A stretch of 32,507 nucleotides of DNA. It comes from Patescibacteria group bacterium. Its GTDB lineage: Bacteria; Patescibacteriota; Minisyncoccia; JAHISW01; Tagabacteraceae. The notes beneath the pieces were generated by a model. The model was given only the letters and a program-made list of their open reading frames with translations. It was not told the DNA's origin and did not search any database. Shown here piece after piece: positions 16,218 through 26,687 of this stretch (position 1 is the first letter of the stretch; every line of letters starts with the position of its first letter). The stretch covers positions 1 to 32,507 of the forward strand of contig JAHJQY010000011.1 in NCBI GenBank assembly GCA_018819015.1, given 5' to 3'. Position numbers and translations under genes: made by a program.

Positions 16218-17882
16218 TTAAACCTCAATTATGACCGGCAGGACCATCGGGCGGCGTTTGGTTTTTTGGAAAAGATATTTGCCAACTCGTTCCCTGATAT
16301 TGTCTTTCAGAAAGTTTATGTTCAACGGACGCATATTGGCTGATTCGTGAACGATTTTTTTAACGATATGGCGGGCGTTTTTCAGCAGTTCTTGAGATTC
16401 TTTCAAGTAGACAAATCCCCGAGAAATAATATCTGGTGAGCCTTTTATTTTGTTTTCTTTCGTGTCTATGACCGCGATAATGACAAAGATGCCGTCTTTG
16501 GAAAGCATTTGTCTGTCGCGCAAAACAATTTCTTTGACATCGCCTACGCCCAGCCCGTCAACCATGACATAGTTGGCCGGAGCAGTCTCTTTGAGCGTCT
16601 GGATTTTGTCTTTGGACACTTCTATTATAGCGCCGTTTCTTATCGGGACGGCGATATTGTCTTTTGGTATTCCGACGTTTTCCGCCAGCATAGAATTTGT
16701 TTTAAGCATGAAGTAATGCCCGTGTACCGGAATAAAGAATTTCGGTTTGAGCATTTTTATAATTAGTTTTAATTCTTCTGAATAGGCGTGTCCGCTGGCA
16801 TGGACATCGGCCACTTCATAGTGAATGATTTTGGCTCCCTGTCTGGCCAGATTGTCTTTCAGGTTTTGGATGCTTTTTTCATTGCCGGGGATAATGGAAG
16901 AGGAGAGAATGACTGTGTCGCCGCTATGCAGTTTTATGTGGCTGTGTTTGTGGCTGGCAATGCGCATTAAAGAGGCCTCTTTTTCTCCTTGCGCGCCAGT
17001 GCAGACGATTATAATTTTTTCTTCCGGGTAGTCGCCTATGTTTTTTACGGAGATGATGGTTTCTTTTCTGGGCTTGAATAGGTCAAGTTTTTTCGCGATT
17101 TCTATGTTGGATTTCATACTATATCCGTCTATGGCGACTTTTCTTTTTAATTTTTCGGCTATTTTTATTATTTCTATGATTCTTTCAATCTGCGACGAGA
17201 AAGTTCCGATAATAATTCTTTTCGGAGACTCTCTGAAAATTTTTTCAAGGTTTTTGCAAACCGTTGCTTCGGAGATGGAAATCCCGGGCTTTTCAGAATT
17301 AGTGCTTTCCAAAAGCAAAACCAGATTTTTTTCTTTTCCAAGTTTGATATATTCTTCAATTTTGGTTGGTTCGCCCTTGCTGTTGTGTTCAATTTTTGCG
17401 TCTCCCGGATAGATTATGTTGCCCAGAGGCGTTTCAATGGCGGTGCCAATGGCATCCGGAATGGTGTGCGTGATATCAAAAAATTTCGCCTTAAAATTTT
17501 CTCCGAGTTTTATTTTATCCCCGGATTTTATTTCCTGGATTTTTAGCATGGGCGCGTGGGGGAATTCTTCCTGTCGTTTTAATATCATGGCCTTGGTCAG
17601 TCTGGTGGTGTAGATGGTCGGGTTTCCGATTTTGTCCATCAAATAGGGAATGGCGCCGATGTGGTCCAGGTGGCCATGGCTTATTATTAATCCGCGTATT
17701 TTATTTTTTCGTTCTTCAAGATACTTTGTATTCGGAATTATATAGTCTATTCCGGGCGTTTCTTCTTCCGGAAATTGCAGGCCGGCGTCAAAGATAACAA
17801 TATCGTTTCTATATTCAACGATTGTCATGTTGCGGCCGATTTCCTCGGCCCCCCCGAGGGGGATTATTTTTATTTTTTCCAT
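16218..17882 (-). CDS. rnj: Ribonuclease J
   Basis: PLGGAEEIGRNM, SHGHLDHIG, VHASGH and RRPMVLPVIIEV motifs. Start re-assigned to ATG 17882 because the upstream ORF part is the tRNA. Confidence 0.96.
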   Translation of the reverse strand: MEKIKIIPLGGAEEIGRNMTIVEYRNDIVIFDAGLQFPEEETPGIDYIIPNTKYLEERKNKIRGLIISHGHLDHIGAIPYLMDKIGNPTIYTTRLTKAMILKRQEEFPHAPMLKIQEIKSGDKIKLGENFKAKFFDITHTIPDAIGTAIETPLGNIIYPGDAKIEHNSKGEPTKIEEYIKLGKEKNLVLLLESTNSEKPGISISEATVCKNLEKIFRESPKRIIIGTFSSQIERIIEIIKIAEKLKRKVAIDGYSMKSNIEIAKKLDLFKPRKETIISVKNIGDYPEEKIIIVCTGAQGEKEASLMRIASHKHSHIKLHSGDTVILSSSIIPGNEKSIQNLKDNLARQGAKIIHYEVADVHASGHAYSEELKLIIKMLKPKFFIPVHGHYFMLKTNSMLAENVGIPKDNIAVPIRNGAIIEVSKDKIQTLKETAPANYVMVDGLGVGDVKEIVLRDRQMLSKDGIFVIIAVIDTKENKIKGSPDIISRGFVYLKESQELLKNARHIVKKIVHESANMRPLNINFLKDNIRERVGKYLFQKTKRRPMVLPVIIEV

Positions 17883-17884
17883 AG

Positions 17885-17968
17885 TGCCCTCGACAGGATT
17901 TGAACCTGTACGGCCTTGCGGCCACAGCGTTCTGAACGCTGCGTGTCTGCCAGTTTCACCACGAGGGC
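17885..17968 (-). tRNA. tRNA-Leu(CAG), CCA not encoded
   Basis: Acceptor stem GCCCTCG/CGAGGGC-A, anticodon arm CAGCG-TTCAGAA-CGCTG, long variable arm GGCC-GCAA-GGCC, and T-arm GGTTCAAATCC. Confidence 0.95.
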
Positions 17969-17973
17969 GCAGA

Positions 17974-18675
17974 TTAAATTTTTGTGTAGCAATTTTCAAT
18001 AGTTAGAATATTTTTGTATTTTTTCGGATTGTTTAAAAATTCCAGTTGCCCGGCCGAGAATTCATAAAGAGGTTTGCTAAAAGTAATTTCTAATTCCGGT
18101 ATTTCTTTTGGTTTTAATTTTATTAATTCAGGAACATTAGTATAATTTGGATTTTTTTCAAAAATAATTTCACCACTTTCATTCTTTAAAATATAATAGC
18201 AGGCGCCATGAAATTGTTTGTATGGCAGATAGTCGCTTTCGGTTTTTAAGCTAACCCAATTTGAAAGAACCGTTTTTTCTTCTTCCCGGGGGTTTATACT
18301 GATGGCGCCAAAGTTAGTTGGAAAAATCGCTTTTTCTCCTTTCTTTGCTTCTATAAGATATGCTTCTTTGATAATTTTTGGGTCATTTTCATATTTTTGA
18401 ATTAACCACAGCGATTTTCCGGACACAACTTCCATAATTTCCATCATACTGTTTTTGTGATAGTGCCCATATGTTTTTGGCAGTTCGTCTTTAATTTTGC
18501 CGGGATAAAGAAAGGTTAGGTCGTAGCGCAGGTTGTCTGCTGTTGCAACATTGCGGTAAACATCATAAATAATTCGGCTCAATTCCCCTCCCGGTTCTTT
18601 TAGGACTTCTTTCATTTTTTCAAGCGTTCTTGATTGCGGTTTTTTGTTTTTTATCAATTCACGAAAATCTTCCAT
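17974..18675 (-). CDS. Cupin-type (archaeal-like) glucose-6-phosphate isomerase
   Basis: LRYDLT..PG...ELPKTYGHYH...EIMEVVSG...INP...SDY.PYKQFHGACYY...NPNY. Confidence 0.8.
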   Translation of the reverse strand: MEDFRELIKNKKPQSRTLEKMKEVLKEPGGELSRIIYDVYRNVATADNLRYDLTFLYPGKIKDELPKTYGHYHKNSMMEIMEVVSGKSLWLIQKYENDPKIIKEAYLIEAKKGEKAIFPTNFGAISINPREEEKTVLSNWVSLKTESDYLPYKQFHGACYYILKNESGEIIFEKNPNYTNVPELIKLKPKEIPELEITFSKPLYEFSAGQLEFLNNPKKYKNILTIENCYTKI

Positions 18676-20399
18676 ATTTTTTTTGTGTTAGTGTACCAAT
18701 TATAAACTTGCGAGAATCTTTCTGATGAAATTGTTATTGATGATTCGTTCACGCCCTTGAGCGAGGATGGCAAAAGATGTATGAAATAAGGCGAGTATAA
18801 GAAAATTGCCGGCGTATCTTTTTCTATTTCTTTTTGAAATTCATAATATTTCTTTTCTTTTTTTTGGGCATCAAAAATTGTTCTGACTTCTTCCAAAATT
18901 TTGTCGGCCGCTATATTTGCGTAAAGCGCTATATTGAGCCCGGGGTCGTTTCTTTGGGAGGAATGCCAAAAAGCGAAAGCGTCCGGGTCTCTTCCCATAA
19001 TTTCTCCGAAAAGCAGAGCGTCATATTTTCTTGGCCTGATAACATTTTGTTCCAAGTCGCCGATTTCATATATTTTAATGCGCGCCTTCGCTCCAATTTT
19101 TTCCCAGTCTTCTTTGAGTATGTTGGATATTTTTATCAAATCCGGCATATTGGATGTTGAAATTGAGAATTCTAATTTGACAATTTCTTTTTTATTTTTT
19201 TTCTCCATCACATTTTCTTCTTGGTTGAGTTCCCATCCGTTTTTTTCCAAGATTTTTTTTGCTTGTTCAATCCGTTGCTCAAAGTTTTCTTCGGACGCGG
19301 GTTTTTCAATGTGTCCTATGCTTCCCGGCGGGATTGGCCCATTGATAGCGGCGCCGAAATTTTGCAGCACTTCGCTGACAATTTTTTCTTTATCAACGCT
19401 TAAATTTAATGCCTCTCGCACTTCTTTTTTCGTAAAAACGGGCGCGTTGTCCTGATTGAAAAAGAAGGCAAAAATTCTTGATAAAAAATATGTTTTTAAC
19501 AAAGCGTCTTTGTTTTTTATTTCCAAGATCTGTTCCGGAGAAATGGCGCTCAGGCCGTCTATTTGTTTTTGTTTGTAGGCGTCCACAAGATCTTTTTCGG
19601 ATGGATAAAATTTTAGGATAATCTTTTTTAAAAAAGGAGCGCGCAAGGAAAAGTTTTTATTGGGGACCAATGCGCATGAAGAGATAATGCCCGACGAGCT
19701 TCTGGTTATTTTTTCAATTTTATAGGGTCCGGAACCTATTGCCTTGATGTTAAAATCACTTAACGGCATTTGTTCGGGAAGCACGTTTTTCCAGACATGA
19801 AGAGGCAAAATGCCCAAGGTCGTATTTTCTAAAAATGGCGCGTATGGTTTTTCAAGACAAAAATTTATCGTTCTTTCGTCAATTTTTTCTGCGTTAACTC
19901 CTTCCCAATTAGCTCTTTTTGGGCTTTTGGTTGATGGGTTTTTGATTTGTTCTATGGTAAATATAATATCATCACTGGTTAAAGGCGCGCCGTCCGACCA
20001 CAAAAGATTCGGTTTTAGCGTGAATGTGTAGCATTGTCCGTTTTCGCTTATTTCATAATTTTCCGCCAGATCCAATATGAGTTCATCTCCTTTTGCCCGC
20101 GTAAGTCCTGAATAAACAAGCATTGTCAGGTCGCGGTCGGCGTCGGAAATCGTCAGCGCCGGATTTACAAAACGCGGCGTTCCGATTATTCCTTCTCTTA
20201 TTGTGCCGCCTTCCGTCGGGACTTCTATGCTCAAGTTCTTATCTATTTGCCATAATAATAAAAGTCCGCTTAAAATCAGCAATGCCAGCAGAAACAGAAG
20301 TATTTTTTTATGCGCGCAGGGCAGTGTTTTTATGGCGTGTCGCAATCTTAATTCTGACAATAGAATTTTTGATTGCAGTATTTTGAGATGTTTTCTCAC
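18654..20399 (-). CDS. Peptide ABC transporter substrate-binding protein (family 5)
   Basis: WSDGAPLTSDDIIFT, GSGPYKI, VREALNLSVDK and PAIFLYSP motifs; N-terminal TM anchor. Confidence 0.9.
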   Translation of the reverse strand: MRKHLKILQSKILLSELRLRHAIKTLPCAHKKILLFLLALLILSGLLLLWQIDKNLSIEVPTEGGTIREGIIGTPRFVNPALTISDADRDLTMLVYSGLTRAKGDELILDLAENYEISENGQCYTFTLKPNLLWSDGAPLTSDDIIFTIEQIKNPSTKSPKRANWEGVNAEKIDERTINFCLEKPYAPFLENTTLGILPLHVWKNVLPEQMPLSDFNIKAIGSGPYKIEKITRSSSGIISSCALVPNKNFSLRAPFLKKIILKFYPSEKDLVDAYKQKQIDGLSAISPEQILEIKNKDALLKTYFLSRIFAFFFNQDNAPVFTKKEVREALNLSVDKEKIVSEVLQNFGAAINGPIPPGSIGHIEKPASEENFEQRIEQAKKILEKNGWELNQEENVMEKKNKKEIVKLEFSISTSNMPDLIKISNILKEDWEKIGAKARIKIYEIGDLEQNVIRPRKYDALLFGEIMGRDPDAFAFWHSSQRNDPGLNIALYANIAADKILEEVRTIFDAQKKEKKYYEFQKEIEKDTPAIFLYSPYFIHLLPSSLKGVNESSITISSERFSQVYNWYTNTKKIWKIFVN

Positions 20400-20421
20400 A
20401 AATTTATTTGATTAATAAAAT

Positions 20422-20640
20422 TTATTTGATTAACAAGGCCGCAAACGTAGATGCGAGGAAAAGAAAAGCCAAGACAATTGTTGAAATGAATAATATTTTT
20501 TCAAAACCTCTTTTTGTGTGGTAGCTTTCTCCGCCGCCGCCAAAAAGACCGGAAAGACCGGCTCCTTGCTGTTGTAAAAGGATAGTGGCTACCAGTAAAA
20601 CAGAAATAACTATTTGAATTATCGCTAGAATGTTTGACAT
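20422..20640 (-). CDS. secG: Preprotein translocase subunit SecG
   Basis: Two TM helices around ILLQQQGAGLSGLFGGG...TKRGFEK. Confidence 0.93.
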   Translation of the reverse strand: MSNILAIIQIVISVLLVATILLQQQGAGLSGLFGGGGESYHTKRGFEKILFISTIVLAFLFLASTFAALLIK

Positions 20641-20723
20641 AGTACGAGTATTATAACGTTATTTTAAAGTATAGTCTAAGACTTGCAATTGTCAAGCGAC
20701 AAAGGTTGACCGTTTTAATTAAC

Positions 20724-20753
20724 AAAAAAAAGGGGGTGCTTTTGCAGCCCCCC
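20724..20753 (-). terminator. Rho-independent terminator
   Basis: Minus strand GGGGGGCTGC-AAAA-GCACCCCC followed by T8. Confidence 0.75.
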
Positions 20754-20774
20754 TGTGAATGTGTTCGCGATTAA

Positions 20775-21377
20775 TTAAAAGTAAAAGTACAAGCTTTCTC
20801 CAAGCACGGAGACATGAACACATATTTCGGCATTGAACATCCCTCTAACGTACGATGGGCATAGCTGAATGCCGTACTCCTTGCCAAAACGTTCGATCAT
20901 CTCCGCGATTTTTGAAGCGTTACTGGTTGGCGACACTTCGCCGTTGTACATTTCGAAGCGGCCACCTTCCAGCAAGCGTCCACTATATTGTTTAATGCCA
21001 AAAGGTTGCAAGGTTTTCTTCAGAAGAGCGATAATTTCCCGTCGTTCTTCCTCAATGAATAATTTTGTGGCGCGGAACGCCTCTCGTTCGGTTACGTTGA
21101 TAAGTGCGGGATGTATAGTCCGCAACTCGTTAAGCGCCCTCGTCCTCTTTGGAACTTCGCGTAGTCGCCACCACATGGTGGCAACTCCAATTATGCAAAT
21201 TAGCACAAGAAAGAAAGCCTGCCACGATCCTTGCGCTTTGCCGAATATACTTGAAAATATCACGGCTACGGTCCAGCCACCAAAGTAGGCTACTGGGAAT
21301 ACTGTCGGTGTCGCATTTTCAATGATCTGGCGGGATAATCCCGCCTTGCTCTTATTGAAACTATTTAAACCATTCAT
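20775..21377 (-). CDS. Hypothetical two-TM membrane protein
   Basis: SD AAGGAG before ATG 21377, two hydrophobic segments, and its own terminator. Confidence 0.65.
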   Translation of the reverse strand: MNGLNSFNKSKAGLSRQIIENATPTVFPVAYFGGWTVAVIFSSIFGKAQGSWQAFFLVLICIIGVATMWWRLREVPKRTRALNELRTIHPALINVTEREAFRATKLFIEEERREIIALLKKTLQPFGIKQYSGRLLEGGRFEMYNGEVSPTSNASKIAEMIERFGKEYGIQLCPSYVRGMFNAEICVHVSVLGESLYFYF

Positions 21378-21562
21378 GTTGCGGTCTCCTTTCAAAATTA
21401 AGGTTAAGGCGTGATATCGATTCTTAAACAAGAATACTATAAAATAAATAAAAGTCAATAGCGTGGGGTAATCTACGCATATTGACTAGAAAATAGAGGG
21501 CGAGGTATGCTTAAGAAAGATTTTGAAAATATTACGAACAAAAACATAGAAAGAGGGGTTTC

Positions 21563-22012
21563 GTGGGAAATAAGATTAAAAAAATTCTGCAAGCACACAA
21601 TATTTTACACCAAAGAAGCAAAGAAGTTCTTGCAAGTATTGTTAAAAATAAATGGATTGAATCTTTTGTTTTTACTCCAAGGCACGGGGAATTGGATATT
21701 CATGGCATTGATTTAACTTGGTCTTTTAGGCCGGGGCCAAACGGAGAGGTTGGAATTTCCTGCGCGCAAGAAAAAACCAGAGTTAAAGATATAAAAGTTC
21801 ATTTTAAAAAATATCCATGCATGCCGCTTTATCTTTTGCGGCCCGGTGACAGCAAAGAACAAATTGAGTATGCGTATATAACACTGATTTTAGCTTGCAA
21901 TTCGTATAATGCGGCAGAAAAATTAGCAATTGAAAAAAGGAAAAATCAATTGAGGGGAAAAGTCAGAAAAAAAGAAAGGAGAGTTTGGTTAAATTGGCTT
22001 GATTTTAAATAA
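21563..22012 (+). CDS. Hypothetical basic protein, possibly with a restriction-endonuclease-like fold
   Basis: ELDIHGIDL...AQEK resembles D-xx-GID...QxK. SD-like AGAGGGG before GTG, and a terminator follows. Confidence 0.5.
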   Translation: MGNKIKKILQAHNILHQRSKEVLASIVKNKWIESFVFTPRHGELDIHGIDLTWSFRPGPNGEVGISCAQEKTRVKDIKVHFKKYPCMPLYLLRPGDSKEQIEYAYITLILACNSYNAAEKLAIEKRKNQLRGKVRKKERRVWLNWLDFK

Positions 22013-22020
22013 AAAATAAT

Positions 22021-22055
22021 AAAAGGGTCTGTCATTTGACAAGGGCCCTTTTTTT
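22021..22055 (+). terminator. Rho-independent terminator
   Basis: AAAAGGGTC-TGTC-ATTT-GACA-AG-GGCCCTTTTTTT. Confidence 0.65.
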
Positions 22056-22120
22056 GTTTAAATTAATAGTAATTAAAAGTTCATAATTATTAGCAGTTTT
22101 TAAAAAATTATTTTATAGAT

Positions 22121-22432
22121 ATGGCTAAAAAATTTGATGTTATTCCTCTTGGCGACAGGGTTTTGATTGAACCATTGTCTCAGGAGGATAGAATGAAAAA
22201 GACAAAATTCGGAATCGTTATTCCGGAGACCGTGGACAAGGAAAAAGTTGATCGCGGGACGGTGTTAGCTGTCGGCCCCGGCCGGATAACCGAAGAGGGC
22301 AAGAAAATTCCGGTTTCGGTTAAAAAAGGTCAAATAGTTATTTTTTCCGAATTTAGTTCTGACAAGATTAAGGTCGACGACAAAGAATATTATATTGTCA
22401 GCGAGAATAACATTCTCGCGGTAATTGGCTAA
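22121..22432 (+). CDS. groES: Co-chaperonin GroES
   Basis: PLGDRVLIE, GIVIPET, AVGPG and ILAVI motifs. Confidence 0.97.
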   Translation: MAKKFDVIPLGDRVLIEPLSQEDRMKKTKFGIVIPETVDKEKVDRGTVLAVGPGRITEEGKKIPVSVKKGQIVIFSEFSSDKIKVDDKEYYIVSENNILAVIG

Positions 22433-24669
<2,237 letters not shown>

Positions 24670-24677
24670 TAAAAATA

Positions 24678-25574
24678 ATGAACCTTTATTCTCAAAAAGA
24701 ATCCAATATCCGCAGAACTTGGCTGCTTTTTACGATTTTTTTAATTGTAGTCATGGGCATCGGTTGGGTGTTTAGCCAAATTTACGGCAATCCGGGAATT
24801 TTGGTTTTTGCCGTTGTTTTTAGTTTTTTGATGAGTTTCTTCAGTTATTGGTATTCAGACAAGATTGTTTTAAAAATAAGCCGCGCGCAAAAAATAGAAA
24901 AGAAAAACGCGCCGGAGCTTTATAATATCTTGGAAAATTTATCTATTACGGCCGGTCTGCCAATGCCGAAACTTTATTTGATGGACGAGCAGGCGCCGAA
25001 CGCTTTTGCCACCGGTCGAAATCCGGAGCGCGCGGTGGTGGCGGTGACCAGTGGGCTTTTGGAAAAACTGGACAGGTCGGAGCTGGAGGGGGTTTTGGCG
25101 CATGAGTTGTCGCACATAGGTAACCGTGATATTCTGTTTTCAACAGTGGTTGTTGTTTTGGTCGGTTTTGTCGCTTTGCTTTCAGATTTTTTTATGAGGT
25201 CGCTTTTTTGGGGTGGTTTGGGTCGTGATAGAGAAAGAGGACAGGGTGGAGCAGTTTTAATGGTTGTGGGAATCGCGTTGGCGATTCTAGCGCCCATTGC
25301 CACTACTTTAATACAATTGGCGATTTCAAGAAAAAGAGAATTTTTGGCGGATGCATCCGGCGCGCTTTTGACCAGATATCCCGAGGGGCTGGCCAGCGCG
25401 TTGGAAAAAATTTCAAAAGACACCACTCCTTTGCGAGTCGCCAACAAAGCCACTAATCATTTATGGCTGACTGACCCAAAAAGAAACATTTTTAAACAAA
25501 AAATTAGCGGACTGTTTATGACCCATCCGCCGACAGAAGAAAGAATAAAGAGATTAAAAAATATAAATATATAA
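24678..25574 (+). CDS. htpX: Zinc metalloprotease HtpX (M48)
   Basis: PNAFATGR, HELSH, SRKREFLAD and THPPTEERI motifs. Confidence 0.95.
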   Translation: MNLYSQKESNIRRTWLLFTIFLIVVMGIGWVFSQIYGNPGILVFAVVFSFLMSFFSYWYSDKIVLKISRAQKIEKKNAPELYNILENLSITAGLPMPKLYLMDEQAPNAFATGRNPERAVVAVTSGLLEKLDRSELEGVLAHELSHIGNRDILFSTVVVVLVGFVALLSDFFMRSLFWGGLGRDRERGQGGAVLMVVGIALAILAPIATTLIQLAISRKREFLADASGALLTRYPEGLASALEKISKDTTPLRVANKATNHLWLTDPKRNIFKQKISGLFMTHPPTEERIKRLKNINI

Positions 25575-25826
25575 ATGTTTAATTTTGAATCAGAAAAAAT
25601 TAATAACACAGTAGACGGGAATATTCTTCAAAAGTTTGAAGATTATAAAAAAGAACAGATAAATTTTGATGATTTTTTCGGAGAGATGCAAAAATATAAA
25701 AAAGTTGTTTTTGAGGGCGGGAGTGTTCGGCAAAAAAAACTTTTTGACCGATTGGCCAGTGAGGCTTTGCAGGAAGAAGAAACTAGAAGAAGTCGCACGC
25801 AATCGCAACAAGGAGGAGTCGCCTAG
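25575..25826 (+). CDS. Small hypothetical protein; stop codon lies inside tRNA-Ser
   Basis: ATG directly after the htpX stop; charged, helical composition. Confidence 0.45.
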   Translation: MFNFESEKINNTVDGNILQKFEDYKKEQINFDDFFGEMQKYKKVVFEGGSVRQKKLFDRLASEALQEEETRRSRTQSQQGGVA

Positions 25827-25896
25827 TGGCCTATGGCGCTTGCTTGGAAAGCAAGTTGGGGGCAACCCCTCGCGAGTTCGAATCTCGCCTCCTCCG
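25812..25896 (+). tRNA. tRNA-Ser(GGA), CCA not encoded
   Basis: Acceptor stem GGAGGAG/CTCCTCC-G, anticodon arm CTTGC-TTGGAAA-GCAAG, variable arm GGGG-GCAA-CCCC, and T-arm GAGTTCGAATCTC. Confidence 0.95.
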
Positions 25897-25920
25897 TTTG
25901 TTTCTGTTATACTCAAAACA

Positions 25921-26610
25921 ATGGAAAACGGCGAAAAAAAGACAGACAACATAAAGGACATCGGTGTCCAAAAGGAAGCGGTGGACAAATTGATAGAATC
26001 CAGCACTTTGAATATGGATTTTTATTTTATGATGGTTTTGTCCAGCGCGATTGTTTGTTTGGGGATTCTTTTGAATAATATAGTGATTGTTATCGGCGGC
26101 ATGGTTGTGACGCCTTTTTTGTCGCCGCTTTTGATGCTTTCTCTTGCCTTTGTTATTTCCGACATAGATATTATCAAGCGGTCTTTCTTTATTATTTTAA
26201 AATCTGTTGCCGTGATTGTGGCGACTTCTCTGGTTGTAACTATTTTAGTTCCGTCTTCGGATGTTGATTTGTCTTTAATTAGCGGAATCGGCCACATTAA
26301 TTTGTCTTATTTTTATGTTTCTTTGGTTGTCGGCATTGCTGGCGCTTACTCATGGGCGAGGCCGAATTTGTCTTCCGTTTTGCCCGGCGTGGCTATAAGT
26401 GTCGCTCTTTTGCCGCCTCTCGTGAGTTTTGCCGTCAGCTTGGCCTTTTTTGACGCGGATTTGATTGCCGGTACAATCAGGTCGGCGGCCGCCAATATGA
26501 CGGGAGTTATACTGGCCTCTACTTTTGTTTTCGCCATCCTGGGGTTTTATCGGGTGAGAGGATATGTCCGAAAGGAAATCGGACAAAAAAAAGAAACAGT
26601 TTTGGAATAA
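25921..26610 (+). CDS. DUF389/TIGR00341 family membrane protein
   Basis: VIGGMVVTPFLSP and LPGVAISVALLPPL motifs. Start re-assigned to ATG 25921, after the tRNA. Confidence 0.85.
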   Translation: MENGEKKTDNIKDIGVQKEAVDKLIESSTLNMDFYFMMVLSSAIVCLGILLNNIVIVIGGMVVTPFLSPLLMLSLAFVISDIDIIKRSFFIILKSVAVIVATSLVVTILVPSSDVDLSLISGIGHINLSYFYVSLVVGIAGAYSWARPNLSSVLPGVAISVALLPPLVSFAVSLAFFDADLIAGTIRSAAANMTGVILASTFVFAILGFYRVRGYVRKEIGQKKETVLE

Positions 26611-26640
26611 TTACTTAATAAAATTTTGAATCAGGTTTTT

Positions 26641-26649
26641 TTATCCACA
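26641..26649 (+). promoter_or_regulatory. Consensus DnaA box upstream of the RNR gene
   Basis: TTATCCACA, 38 nt before the ATG. Confidence 0.55.
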
Positions 26650-26687
26650 GTTTTGGTGGATTTTATTTTTTGGAGTAAGATATAAAT

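Noticed and set aside
22085-22120. CIRCE element before groES
   Set aside because: Only TTAGCA is present; there is no TTAGCACTC-N9-GAGTGCTAA.
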